IMG/VR virus record: IMGVR_UViG_3300032047_003368 | Strand: one strand, 5' to 3' | DNA length: 26,214 bases | Source of the DNA: an uncultured virus (IMG/VR IMGVR_UViG_3300032047_003368) | Lineage: Duplodnaviria > Heunggongvirae > Uroviricota > Caudoviricetes | Part shown: one piece after another, positions 1-8,397 of the stretch | Position numbering within the stretch: the first letter of the stretch is position 1 | How the letters are laid out: every line of letters begins with the position of its first letter | Program-made: the position numbers and the translations under genes | The notes under the pieces: model-generated | The model's database searches: none | What the model saw: the letters and a program-made list of their open reading frames with translations, nothing else | What the model was told of the DNA's origin: nothing

Positions 1-10
1 CTTGCTTCAT
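1..10 (-). CDS. 5' start of a gene running off the left edge (MKQ...)
   Basis: Minus strand reads GGAGGT-GTAAA-ATG AAG CAA; SD at 16-21, ATG at 10-8; TATTTAT motif at 45-51. Only 3 codons visible. Confidence 0.5.
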
Positions 11-68
11 TTTACACCTCCCATTTGTTTAATCATCTCTGATTATAAATAGTCAGATGTAATAGTTT

Positions 69-611
69 TTATAATTTTGTATAACCTAGATTTTCAAAGT
101 CATCTTCAAAGATGTAATTGATAAGCTCTATTGCGATTTTATCGTCATAGTGAGTTTCCCACTTTTTAACTACATCTGGATCCACATAGTACTTGATTGT
201 ATTCAAACCTATATCTACGAGGTACTCATTTATAGTATGCCAACTTTTTAACAATTCTTCGTACTTAAAAATATCAATATCATCGTATGATTTTATATAA
301 TCATGTTGTGAAGTAAAGTTATCATCGTTCACCGGATCACCCCACTTGTTTAAATTGTTCTCAAAGTACGTTGAAAAATTTTGAGATTTTAAATCATGTT
401 CTTTTCTAAGTTGCATACCATTTTTATACAAAGATACAGCTCGTTGATACGGGTTTTGCACAATGCAGAGGTTATAATACTCAATTGAGTTATCTAACAA
501 AACTCCGTCGTCTTTCAAATCACGATTAGATTCACGGAACGGATCGAGAAATAAATCACCACCACCAAAAGGAATTTCTATAAAGTTGAACCCGTGTTCA
601 TTTGAAATCAT
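69..611 (-). CDS. Sulfotransferase family 2-like protein with degenerate PAPS-binding motifs
   Basis: MISNEHGFNFIEIP (cf. MISHKHKFIFIHIPK), IVQNPYQRAVSLY (cf. VRNPYxRxxSxY), SQHDYI, FKYEEL and C-terminal IFEDDFENLGY. Start moved to ATG 611 to avoid overlap with the upstream gene ending at 616. Confidence 0.7.
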   Translation of the reverse strand: MISNEHGFNFIEIPFGGGDLFLDPFRESNRDLKDDGVLLDNSIEYYNLCIVQNPYQRAVSLYKNGMQLRKEHDLKSQNFSTYFENNLNKWGDPVNDDNFTSQHDYIKSYDDIDIFKYEELLKSWHTINEYLVDIGLNTIKYYVDPDVVKKWETHYDDKIAIELINYIFEDDFENLGYTKL

Positions 612-615
612 TAAC

Positions 616-1164
616 TCACAACCCAAGTTCTTTAAGTTGAGAAATAGTTGAATTGGTGTTTCTATGCAAGATACCAATTCCACCTGATGAATTCCACTCT
701 AAGATGTTTGACTTCAGATCATCAATCAATATAGAGTTTTTATTTGCAAACTCTCGTTTTTTATCTTTTGAACGAAAATGAATTTTTGGAGAACCGAGTT
801 TTGCACACCACATTTTTTTTCCTTTGATACAAGTCTGTAAAACTCGTTTACTGGGAGCACTTAATATTTCTGTATCAAGTTTAGAAATGTAACTCCATAG
901 TTTTTTACCCCCAGGGTTCCAAGACATATCAGACCAGAATTTCAAACCACCATCTTCTACAACTTTCCAAAATGCTTCTGTTCCATGAATTTTTTCGTAA
1001 CGAGCAGCTGCGTTGTTTGGTACATCATCTCGTTCAGATATATCTGTTTCACCAACCTGCTTGGCAAGTTTTATGAAGTCTCCACTGAAATCTGTGAGAA
1101 CTCCATCCATATCGCAATAGATTTTGTAGGAAGTTTTTTCTTTTATCAAACTTCTAAGTTTCAT
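616..1164 (-). CDS. HAD-superfamily 5'(3')-deoxyribonucleotidase-like phosphatase
   Basis: Motif I IYCDMDGVLTDF, motif II ILSAP, K..W, motif IV ILIDD, and W...GGIGILH. Start at 1164 (MKLRSLIKE) or 1170. Confidence 0.85.
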   Translation of the reverse strand: MKLRSLIKEKTSYKIYCDMDGVLTDFSGDFIKLAKQVGETDISERDDVPNNAAARYEKIHGTEAFWKVVEDGGLKFWSDMSWNPGGKKLWSYISKLDTEILSAPSKRVLQTCIKGKKMWCAKLGSPKIHFRSKDKKREFANKNSILIDDLKSNILEWNSSGGIGILHRNTNSTISQLKELGL

Positions 1165-1185
1165 ACGCATAAATATACGTAAAAT

Positions 1186-3711
1186 TTATTTCTTATTGGT
1201 TTTTGCAGGTTCTTGCTTTTCTTTGGGACTAGAATCAGTTGTAGAATCGAAATAAACTTCGTTGTCTTTTAATTTCGCAACAAGTAAGGTTTTAGTTGAG
1301 TTTTGTATTTCTTCATTGAGAATTGCTTCTGCTAAAGTATCTTCTAGATGTTTTTCAACTGCACGACGTAAAGGTCTTGCACCCATTTTATCATCATAAC
1401 CTTCTTCTAGCAAAAATTCTTTTACTTGCTTTGAGATACGGATTTTATACCCCTTTGCTTTTACTCGTTCTCGTAACTTTTCTATTTCCAACTCAACAAT
1501 TTCTGCAATATGTTCTTTTGTAAGTTTTCTGAAAATTACCATGTCATCAAGACGATTCAAAAATTCAGGTTTAAACATTTTTTTTGATTCTTCTATAATT
1601 TTTGCCTTGGTTGCTTCGTAGTCATGCTCTCCGTCACCGGCTGCGGATGCAAAACCAAGAGACGTATTACGTTGTAAAATTTCTGCACCTACGTTTGAAG
1701 TCATAATAATAATTGTATTCCTAAAATCAATTCTGCGTCCAACATTGTCAGTTAAATGTCCATCTTCAAGAATTTGCAACAAAAGTTGACAGATATCAGG
1801 ATGTGCTTTTTCAATTTCATCAAACAATACAACCGAATACGGATTTCTACGAACTGCTTCAGTTAATTGTCCCGCATCTTCGTATCCAACATATCCAGGA
1901 GGAGAACCAATCAAACGAGACACCGAGTGCTTTTCCATATATTCACTCATATCAATTTGTAGAATATTGTCTTCGTTTCCAAAGATGTCTTCAGCAAGAG
2001 ATTTTGCCAAATAAGTTTTACCCACACCCGTTGGGCCCAAAAACATAAACGAACCAATTGGTCGTTTTGGGTCTTTTAAATCAACACGACTTCTTCGCAA
2101 TGCTTTTGAAATTACTTTTCCGGCATAGTTTTGACCAATAACTTTTGCAGATAATCGTTTCTCAAGACCAAGTAGACGTTGTGCTTCAGTTTTTTCCATA
2201 CGACTGAGAGGAACTCCAGTCCAATCGGAAATGACTTTTAATACATCATCTTCACTTACTTTGATTCTATTTGTATTTCTGTTGTTTTTCCAACGGTCTA
2301 AAACTTTTTCTTGTCGTTCTTTAAGTTTTCGTTCAATATCTCTCCAATTTGCCGCCTTTTCAAAATCTTGCTTGGTAACTGATTCATCTTTATTATTAAC
2401 TGCTTCTGTTATTTTATTTTCTAACGAGTCAAGTTCTACAGGTTTTTTTAATGATTCAATTCTGACACGTGAACCAGTTTCGTCTAAAATATCAATTGCT
2501 TTATCGGGAAGAAATCGTCCCGTGATGTATCTGTCTGAAAATTTTACAGTACTTACAACTGCTTCGTCTGTGTAATCAATATTATGATGTTCTTCGTATT
2601 TGTGCTTGATACCACGAATAATTGTTATTGCGTCATCAACCGAAGGTGGATCAACTTGAACTTTTTGAAATCGTCTTTCTAGTGCATTATCCTTTTCAAT
2701 ATACTTACGATACTCTTCCATAGTGGTTGCACCTACACACTGAAGTTCACCACGACTAAGAGAGGGTTTAATGATATTTGAAGCATCCATAGAACCTTCA
2801 GCTGCACCCGCACCTACAATTGTATGAATTTCGTCAATAAACAATATAATGTTTTTTGCTTCTTGTACTTCTTTCATCACAGACTTGATGCGTTCTTCAA
2901 ATTGACCACGATATTTTGTTCCAGCAACCATCAAAGCAAGATCAAGCATATATACTTTTTTGTCTAAAATCATTTCAGGTACGGTTCCATTTGCAATTTC
3001 TTGAGCAAGGCCTTCAACAATTGCAGTTTTTCCAACACCTGCCTCACCAATCAAAATTGGATTGTTCTTGGTTCTTCTACATAAAATCTGAATTATTCTT
3101 GCAATTTCTTTTTTTCGTCCTACCACAGGATCAAGTTTACCTTCATTCGCAAGTTTAGTGAGTTCACGTCCAAACGATTTTAACGCAGGAGTTTTATGTG
3201 AACCGTTGCGAGTTTCAGTTCCACTGCCACCTGCCATTGCTTCTTCCAAATTGTCCGACTCAAAGTTTGGATCAATCTCCATAAGAATTTCTTTACGACA
3301 CGTTTCTATGTCAATATCAAGAGAATTTAGAATGCGAAATGCGATTCCTTCATTGTCTCTTAGTAGACCAAGTAACAAATGCTCTGTTCCTACATACGAA
3401 TGACTAAGTTCTTTTGCTTCTTTACCTGCAAGAGCAATTACTTTTTTTAGACGTGGAGTGTGGGTAATTTCTTTTTCTTTCTTTGTGTTGTTTTCTTTTT
3501 TATTCTTTTTTGCTTCTTTTTCAACTTCAGCACGTACGGTTGTAAAATCGACACCCATGCGAAGAAGGGCATTTACTGCAACCCCTTGACCGAGTGTGAT
3601 GATACCGACAAGCAAATGCTCTGTGCCGACATAAGATGATTCTAGTTCTACTGCAACTCGTTTTGAAAGTGCGAGTGCTTGTTGTGCTCTTGGTGTGAGG
3701 TCTCCCATCAT
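1186..3711 (-). CDS. clpC: ATP-dependent Clp protease ATP-binding subunit ClpC (Hsp100), 841 aa
   Basis: Two Clp-N repeats (YVGTEHLL x2). NBD1 has Walker A GEAGVGKT, Walker B ILFIDE and pore loop GTKYRG. UVR/M-domain QDFEKAANWRD. NBD2 has GPTGVGKT, VVLFDEIEKAH and GYVGY; ClpP-docking LGF loop; sensor GARPLRR. Confidence 0.96.
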   Translation of the reverse strand: MMGDLTPRAQQALALSKRVAVELESSYVGTEHLLVGIITLGQGVAVNALLRMGVDFTTVRAEVEKEAKKNKKENNTKKEKEITHTPRLKKVIALAGKEAKELSHSYVGTEHLLLGLLRDNEGIAFRILNSLDIDIETCRKEILMEIDPNFESDNLEEAMAGGSGTETRNGSHKTPALKSFGRELTKLANEGKLDPVVGRKKEIARIIQILCRRTKNNPILIGEAGVGKTAIVEGLAQEIANGTVPEMILDKKVYMLDLALMVAGTKYRGQFEERIKSVMKEVQEAKNIILFIDEIHTIVGAGAAEGSMDASNIIKPSLSRGELQCVGATTMEEYRKYIEKDNALERRFQKVQVDPPSVDDAITIIRGIKHKYEEHHNIDYTDEAVVSTVKFSDRYITGRFLPDKAIDILDETGSRVRIESLKKPVELDSLENKITEAVNNKDESVTKQDFEKAANWRDIERKLKERQEKVLDRWKNNRNTNRIKVSEDDVLKVISDWTGVPLSRMEKTEAQRLLGLEKRLSAKVIGQNYAGKVISKALRRSRVDLKDPKRPIGSFMFLGPTGVGKTYLAKSLAEDIFGNEDNILQIDMSEYMEKHSVSRLIGSPPGYVGYEDAGQLTEAVRRNPYSVVLFDEIEKAHPDICQLLLQILEDGHLTDNVGRRIDFRNTIIIMTSNVGAEILQRNTSLGFASAAGDGEHDYEATKAKIIEESKKMFKPEFLNRLDDMVIFRKLTKEHIAEIVELEIEKLRERVKAKGYKIRISKQVKEFLLEEGYDDKMGARPLRRAVEKHLEDTLAEAILNEEIQNSTKTLLVAKLKDNEVYFDSTTDSSPKEKQEPAKTNKK

Positions 3712-3715
3712 AACA

Positions 3716-3961
3716 TTATTTTTTCCATTTTGTAGGTTCTAAAGGACATTGGTAATCTTGCATCATAATATTAAATCCAGCACACCCACATTTGGTGCAT
3801 CTAAATATCTCTGGATTGTTTTCATATTTTTCATAAAAATTACACAATTTACATATATCTAATCTATCATTATATGTGGGTTTGTCAACTAATTTTATTT
3901 TAGAACTTCTAAGTTCCTTTATTTTTGTTTTATACGAATCAATGACTATATCCACATACAT
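3716..3961 (-). CDS. Small Cys-rich putative metal-binding protein (cassette gene C2; resembles DUF6171-type proteins as recalled)
   Basis: RLDICKLC...RCTKCGC...CPLEPTKW; paralog of 7500..7781. True start may be GTG at 3955. Confidence 0.75.
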   Translation of the reverse strand: MYVDIVIDSYKTKIKELRSSKIKLVDKPTYNDRLDICKLCNFYEKYENNPEIFRCTKCGCAGFNIMMQDYQCPLEPTKWKK

Positions 3962-3995
3962 AAATATACCAAAGTGCTTTAATTTTATCGGTGAA

Positions 3996-4442
3996 TTAAT
4001 AAATGGATGCAGTCAAATTATATATCGAATGCAATACTAGAGTCAGTACAAATGCAATTAAGAATCCATGCTTTCTTAAATAATGAACATAGCACCATGA
4101 CATAAAAAAACATGGAATGAAAATAAAAATAGGATACAATAAGTCATTAAAAATGTGTGCAACGGAAAACAGAAATGAAACCAAAAAAACTACATACATG
4201 GGTTTTATTTTGAGTTTTAAAAACAAAGCCGTTAGCAGTACATTAAACAATATAGTTTCCAATAAAGGTGCAGTAACTATCGCAAACATGGCATCAGAGG
4301 AATTGCGTAAAGTAGACCCCACATTAATTCCATACAAACTCCAATAAATAATTTTTAATGTAAGTGATGCCACGAAAAATGCACCAAGTACACATACATC
4401 CAATAAAGTAAAATTTTGTTTAGGTAATAGTAGTTCTCTCAT
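3996..4442 (-). CDS. CPBP/CAAX (Abi) family intramembrane glutamic/metalloprotease
   Basis: Very hydrophobic multi-TM protein with APLLETILF (motif 1 variant, EE->ET), FSVAH (FxxxH) and HSIYN (HxxxN). Confidence 0.8.
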   Translation of the reverse strand: MRELLLPKQNFTLLDVCVLGAFFVASLTLKIIYWSLYGINVGSTLRNSSDAMFAIVTAPLLETILFNVLLTALFLKLKIKPMYVVFLVSFLFSVAHIFNDLLYPIFIFIPCFFMSWCYVHYLRKHGFLIAFVLTLVLHSIYNLTASIY

Positions 4443-4451
4443 CTTGGTTAT

Positions 4452-4480
4452 ATACTACCAAGATTATTATAAAAAGTCAA
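4452..4480 (-). promoter_or_regulatory. sigma70-type promoter for the CPBP protease gene
   Basis: TTGACT (4480-4475), 17-nt spacer, TAGTAT (4457-4452), 9 nt before the ATG; no SD. Confidence 0.65.
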
Positions 4481-4495
4481 GTTAAAACTTATGAT

Positions 4496-5050
4496 TTACG
4501 AAGAAGATGACTTTTTTTTCTTTCTGTTTGCAGTTATTTTCCAATTTCCGTTCTCAGCAAGTTCAAAATATCTATATTTCATCATTTCACCATTTTTAAA
4601 TTCAACTAAACTCGTATATTCGGCTGTATCATGTGCCGCGGATGATTGATTTTGCACCAAAAGTTTTATATAGCAATCTTTGGAAGCAGGTTTATTTAAT
4701 GTGACTTTAACCTCAACGATTTTTTCCTGTTCACATGGTGCATCAGGAAATTCATCATCTTGAATTTTTACACTATCTTGAATTGAAATATCTAAGGTTT
4801 TAACACACACACCTTTGCAATATGAACACTCTTCTGGGAGTTCAAAATCTATTTTTTCTTCATCAATAAGTTTAACCTCACACTTGGGTGTACTGACTGA
4901 CACAGGACTAGGAAATTTTTGTGGAGTTGCTGTGGTTTTCAAACCATCAGGATTAGGACTATTTGCCGAATCTGCTCCTGAATTCACCTTATGTCTTGGA
5001 TTCTGTGGTGAACAACTCTCAAGTATTTGTTTTATATCATCTTCATTCAT
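4496..5050 (-). CDS. Hypothetical Cys-containing protein with C-terminal Ig/Calx-beta-like strands (cassette gene B2)
   Basis: SD AAAGGAG upstream. CSYC motif and VKVTLNKPASKDCYIKL; paralog of 7806..8372. Confidence 0.75.
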   Translation of the reverse strand: MNEDDIKQILESCSPQNPRHKVNSGADSANSPNPDGLKTTATPQKFPSPVSVSTPKCEVKLIDEEKIDFELPEECSYCKGVCVKTLDISIQDSVKIQDDEFPDAPCEQEKIVEVKVTLNKPASKDCYIKLLVQNQSSAAHDTAEYTSLVEFKNGEMMKYRYFELAENGNWKITANRKKKKSSSS

Positions 5051-5081
5051 TTTTATATTCTCCTTTGTAGTTTATACCACA

Positions 5082-7478
5082 TTAATTTCTATCTTTCCAC
5101 ACCGTTCCTCCTCCGGAGTTTAATGGATTTCGTATTTTGTTAGATAATCCTTTGCGATTCGCAAAGTTTATATAATTCCGCAACGGATTTTTCAGTGCAT
5201 CACGATCTGGCTCAGAATCCCATCCAATATCAATGTTTTGAATCCTCCTCAATCCTGCGATACAGGCTTGTTGTACTTTAAACATCATTGAATTTTCCCA
5301 TGCTTCTTTTTCCATCCTCGCAAGTTCACTTCTTGAAGCAGATGCAATTGAGTTTAATCTCTTCAAAGGAGATCCTAAGAATATCTCAAACATTGCAGGA
5401 TTTGCCCATTGTTTCATCATTTTGTCCTGTGCATCATCACTAAAAATTCTTCCCAATTTATGGTTTAACCATCTAATAGAAGTATCGTTTCCAATATATG
5501 CTTTTGTTTTCGTTTTATTCGCCCATGAGGACCCGGTTATATAATATGCGGTGGCACTTTCATTGAGCAAATCAACTTTATTTTGAGACTTTATCATTTG
5601 CTCAATACCACGTTGCCCCACAGGGCCACCCAGGCCTCCTAAATCAGTTGGTTGAATCTTTGGGTTTACTCTATCGTACTCGTTCCAATTTTTAGGGGTA
5701 CTGCCATGTACAACGATATCAATTGTTGGTCTTGAAATCATACCATTCGATCCAAATCCAAAATAATTAGTCATGAGTTTCTGCTTCGTAAAACCTAAGT
5801 TATTAGTGGTGACAAATTTAGCCTCCATTTGATGAATTTGACCACCTAAATACTTATATGGAGTATCCATTGCTTTTGATATGTTAATTATATTTTTTGC
5901 TCGTATGTGATTCTGAGCCTGGATCCAAGTTTTAATGGCTTCGTATAATCCAGGATTATTTTCTTTTTGGGCTGATAAGAATAGCCTACCAGTTTCAGAA
6001 GTAGGTTTTACCACACCTGTTAATATATTTTTTACTGCGTCTTCATCCGCCCCACCAAGACTTACATTAGTATTGTGAAAAGCATAAGAAGCCGTATACC
6101 ACGACTGATCTTCTTCTGATGGATTTGTTGAAATTACTATATCAGCGACATATCTAGGATGAACTGGCTTCGTATCCTGTACGTTGTGGACTTCACCCCC
6201 GTCATATTCAAACGGACGACGTGGAGGAGTATTATAGAAATTATTATCTGTTGGTTGTAGAGTAAGACGATTATAGCTTCCTCGATCACTCTCAATTGTT
6301 ACATCTATATCACGTTCTTTGCAATATGCTACTGCCATTTGCAATGCTCTATCAGTAGACTCACCAACTACATCTTTAAAAGGAATTTGGTTTGATAAAG
6401 CTATAGCATCTTGTTGGTTCAATCCACCTGTTATAAGTTTGAGATAATTATGCGTTCCAATCGCATCAACATATTCCTCGCAATATTTTTTTATTTTATT
6501 TACTCCGAGGACCGCACCTGTATACAAAAGTAAGTTCATTACTTTATTCTCGTATTTATACTTTGCAGCTGCTGATTCAGTTCTAACATCAAACAATGAC
6601 ATTACCCATTCGTTTGTAACTGGTGTTATTTTCATATCCTCTACTGGTGCGTAATATTTGACACGGCCATAGGGTGTATTTTTTCCAGTCAACGGGTCTA
6701 TTTTTCGAGGTTCACGTGGTACTTCAATTTGCAATACTTCTTTCTGAACAACAGTTCCACCGTATCCATCGGAAATTGTTTTTGTTCGTGTGACTCTTGG
6801 TTTGAAATCCGGATCGTGTTCAGCTGCCAATCTATAAACACGGTGTGATCCGTCCTCGGTATCCCAAAAAGTATATGGTACAGTTTTGTCAATAAAAAAT
6901 GGTGCTTTGTGACGATTCAGAGTACGATTAACTGATTCAAGATCATCAGCAGCTCCACGGTTTGAATTTTTGCGGTTTGTTATATCTGCATATACCATAT
7001 TTGTTGCACCTGCAACATTTCGTGCTCTATATTGAAGATTTTTTCCAAATTCATTTCTGATTGCATCTTTTGTATATCTAGCTTCAATTTCTTTTTCTCG
7101 GTGGTACAAGTTATCAACTGCACTTGTTAATCTAAATCCGTGTATTCCTGGTTTTTTTCCCCAGGGACCATCATACTCACCATCGGATAAGGGAGCTTCT
7201 TTGTTCGATACAATACTGTAACATTGACTGGAACACATACCACCCTTGCTTGCATCCCCAAGATCAATAGTACTTGATCCTAAAACAAAATGACCATTTG
7301 GAATCTGTTTATTTGTTAAACCGGCATCAAATAAAGTAAAACTGCTTTCAAAGAATCCGTTTGGGTCCATCCAGTCCACATTACTAAATACTGTCGTATG
7401 CCCACCTCCGATTTGCTGAACTTCCGATTTTCCATCTTTGAATTCGGTTACATCTACTTTATTATTTGATTCTTTCAT
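5082..7478 (-). CDS. Large hypothetical protein, 798 aa (cassette gene A2)
   Basis: Long ORF with SD GGAG upstream; shares several ordered motifs with 8398..10365. Confidence 0.85.
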   Translation of the reverse strand: MKESNNKVDVTEFKDGKSEVQQIGGGHTTVFSNVDWMDPNGFFESSFTLFDAGLTNKQIPNGHFVLGSSTIDLGDASKGGMCSSQCYSIVSNKEAPLSDGEYDGPWGKKPGIHGFRLTSAVDNLYHREKEIEARYTKDAIRNEFGKNLQYRARNVAGATNMVYADITNRKNSNRGAADDLESVNRTLNRHKAPFFIDKTVPYTFWDTEDGSHRVYRLAAEHDPDFKPRVTRTKTISDGYGGTVVQKEVLQIEVPREPRKIDPLTGKNTPYGRVKYYAPVEDMKITPVTNEWVMSLFDVRTESAAAKYKYENKVMNLLLYTGAVLGVNKIKKYCEEYVDAIGTHNYLKLITGGLNQQDAIALSNQIPFKDVVGESTDRALQMAVAYCKERDIDVTIESDRGSYNRLTLQPTDNNFYNTPPRRPFEYDGGEVHNVQDTKPVHPRYVADIVISTNPSEEDQSWYTASYAFHNTNVSLGGADEDAVKNILTGVVKPTSETGRLFLSAQKENNPGLYEAIKTWIQAQNHIRAKNIINISKAMDTPYKYLGGQIHQMEAKFVTTNNLGFTKQKLMTNYFGFGSNGMISRPTIDIVVHGSTPKNWNEYDRVNPKIQPTDLGGLGGPVGQRGIEQMIKSQNKVDLLNESATAYYITGSSWANKTKTKAYIGNDTSIRWLNHKLGRIFSDDAQDKMMKQWANPAMFEIFLGSPLKRLNSIASASRSELARMEKEAWENSMMFKVQQACIAGLRRIQNIDIGWDSEPDRDALKNPLRNYINFANRKGLSNKIRNPLNSGGGTVWKDRN

Positions 7479-7499
7479 TTTTCTATCATCTCCGTTGGT

Positions 7500-7781
7500 T
7501 TAAACTGTTTCACTCCATTTGGGTGGATTTAAAGGACATTTACTTGTTGCCAATAAAAGTTTAGCAGATGAACATCCACACTTTTTACATCTTGCTATTT
7601 TTGTTTTTGCGAATTCTTGCCACCAATTACATTCTCTGCAAGTTTTTAATCTAAACTCCCAATCTGCTTTGGTAACAACTGGCCTACCCGAAGTTTGCCA
7701 TTTTTTTAAAGAGCCAATGAAATTTCCTGCAACTGACTTTATATCAGTTGGTGTCAATTTTTTATCATCTTCATCTCTCAT
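7500..7781 (-). CDS. Small Cys-rich putative metal-binding protein (cassette gene C1; DUF6171-like as recalled)
   Basis: RLKTCREC...RCKKCGC...CPLNPPKW; TATTTAT motif 4 nt before the ATG. Confidence 0.8.
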   Translation of the reverse strand: MRDEDDKKLTPTDIKSVAGNFIGSLKKWQTSGRPVVTKADWEFRLKTCRECNWWQEFAKTKIARCKKCGCSSAKLLLATSKCPLNPPKWSETV

Positions 7782-7805
7782 TATAATAAATATTATATTT
7801 TATTT

Positions 7806-8372
7806 TTATAATCTAAAATATTCATCTCTTCCGGGTATTCGTCTTATAGTTTTTGCTCCAGATATATCCCCCGCACCAATCCAAATATAAAGACTCCCCG
7901 TGTCCCCTGACGAGCTTTCTACAGATACATCTACAAAACAACCGGTTTTATTTTCCTTTTTTAATGTAACCGATACAGTAGACTCTTGATATCCACAACT
8001 TGGACATCCAGGAACCAAAGAAACTGGATCACTTACATTGTCTACTTTAAGTAATTCTACTTTTTTATCTGTTTCCCTTGATCCCCACCCACACATTGTG
8101 CAGGATGGAAGTCTCACTTTAAAACCCGTGGAATTCCACATCACACCCGGATATGAACATGGGATAGTTGTTCCGGAACCTGCATTCCCAGGAATTGGTG
8201 GCATGGCCATCAAATCTACTTTTGGAGCCCAAAGAGCTTTATCTGGGGTGGCAAACTCTAAGTGGCCACTCGGTTCACCGTCACTATTGAGTGTTCCGTG
8301 GGGTGATTGTGTAGCAGAGTATTTACAGTCACTTGAAACTTTAGAAAAATTATTTTGTTCTTTATCGTCCAT
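7806..8372 (-). CDS. Hypothetical Cys-containing protein with Ig/Calx-beta-like C-terminus (cassette gene B1)
   Basis: CTMC and CPSC motifs; VSVTLKKENKTGCFVDV...IGAGDISG; paralog of 4496..5050. Confidence 0.75.
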   Translation of the reverse strand: MDDKEQNNFSKVSSDCKYSATQSPHGTLNSDGEPSGHLEFATPDKALWAPKVDLMAMPPIPGNAGSGTTIPCSYPGVMWNSTGFKVRLPSCTMCGWGSRETDKKVELLKVDNVSDPVSLVPGCPSCGYQESTVSVTLKKENKTGCFVDVSVESSSGDTGSLYIWIGAGDISGAKTIRRIPGRDEYFRL

Positions 8373-8397
8373 TATTTTGTTTTTTTTTGTCGGTTTA

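Noticed and set aside
612..683. N-terminal extensions in the ORF track (683, 18875, 19452 starts)
   Set aside because: They overlap upstream genes; downstream ATGs (611, 18863, 19434) match family or paralog N-termini and abut the previous stop.
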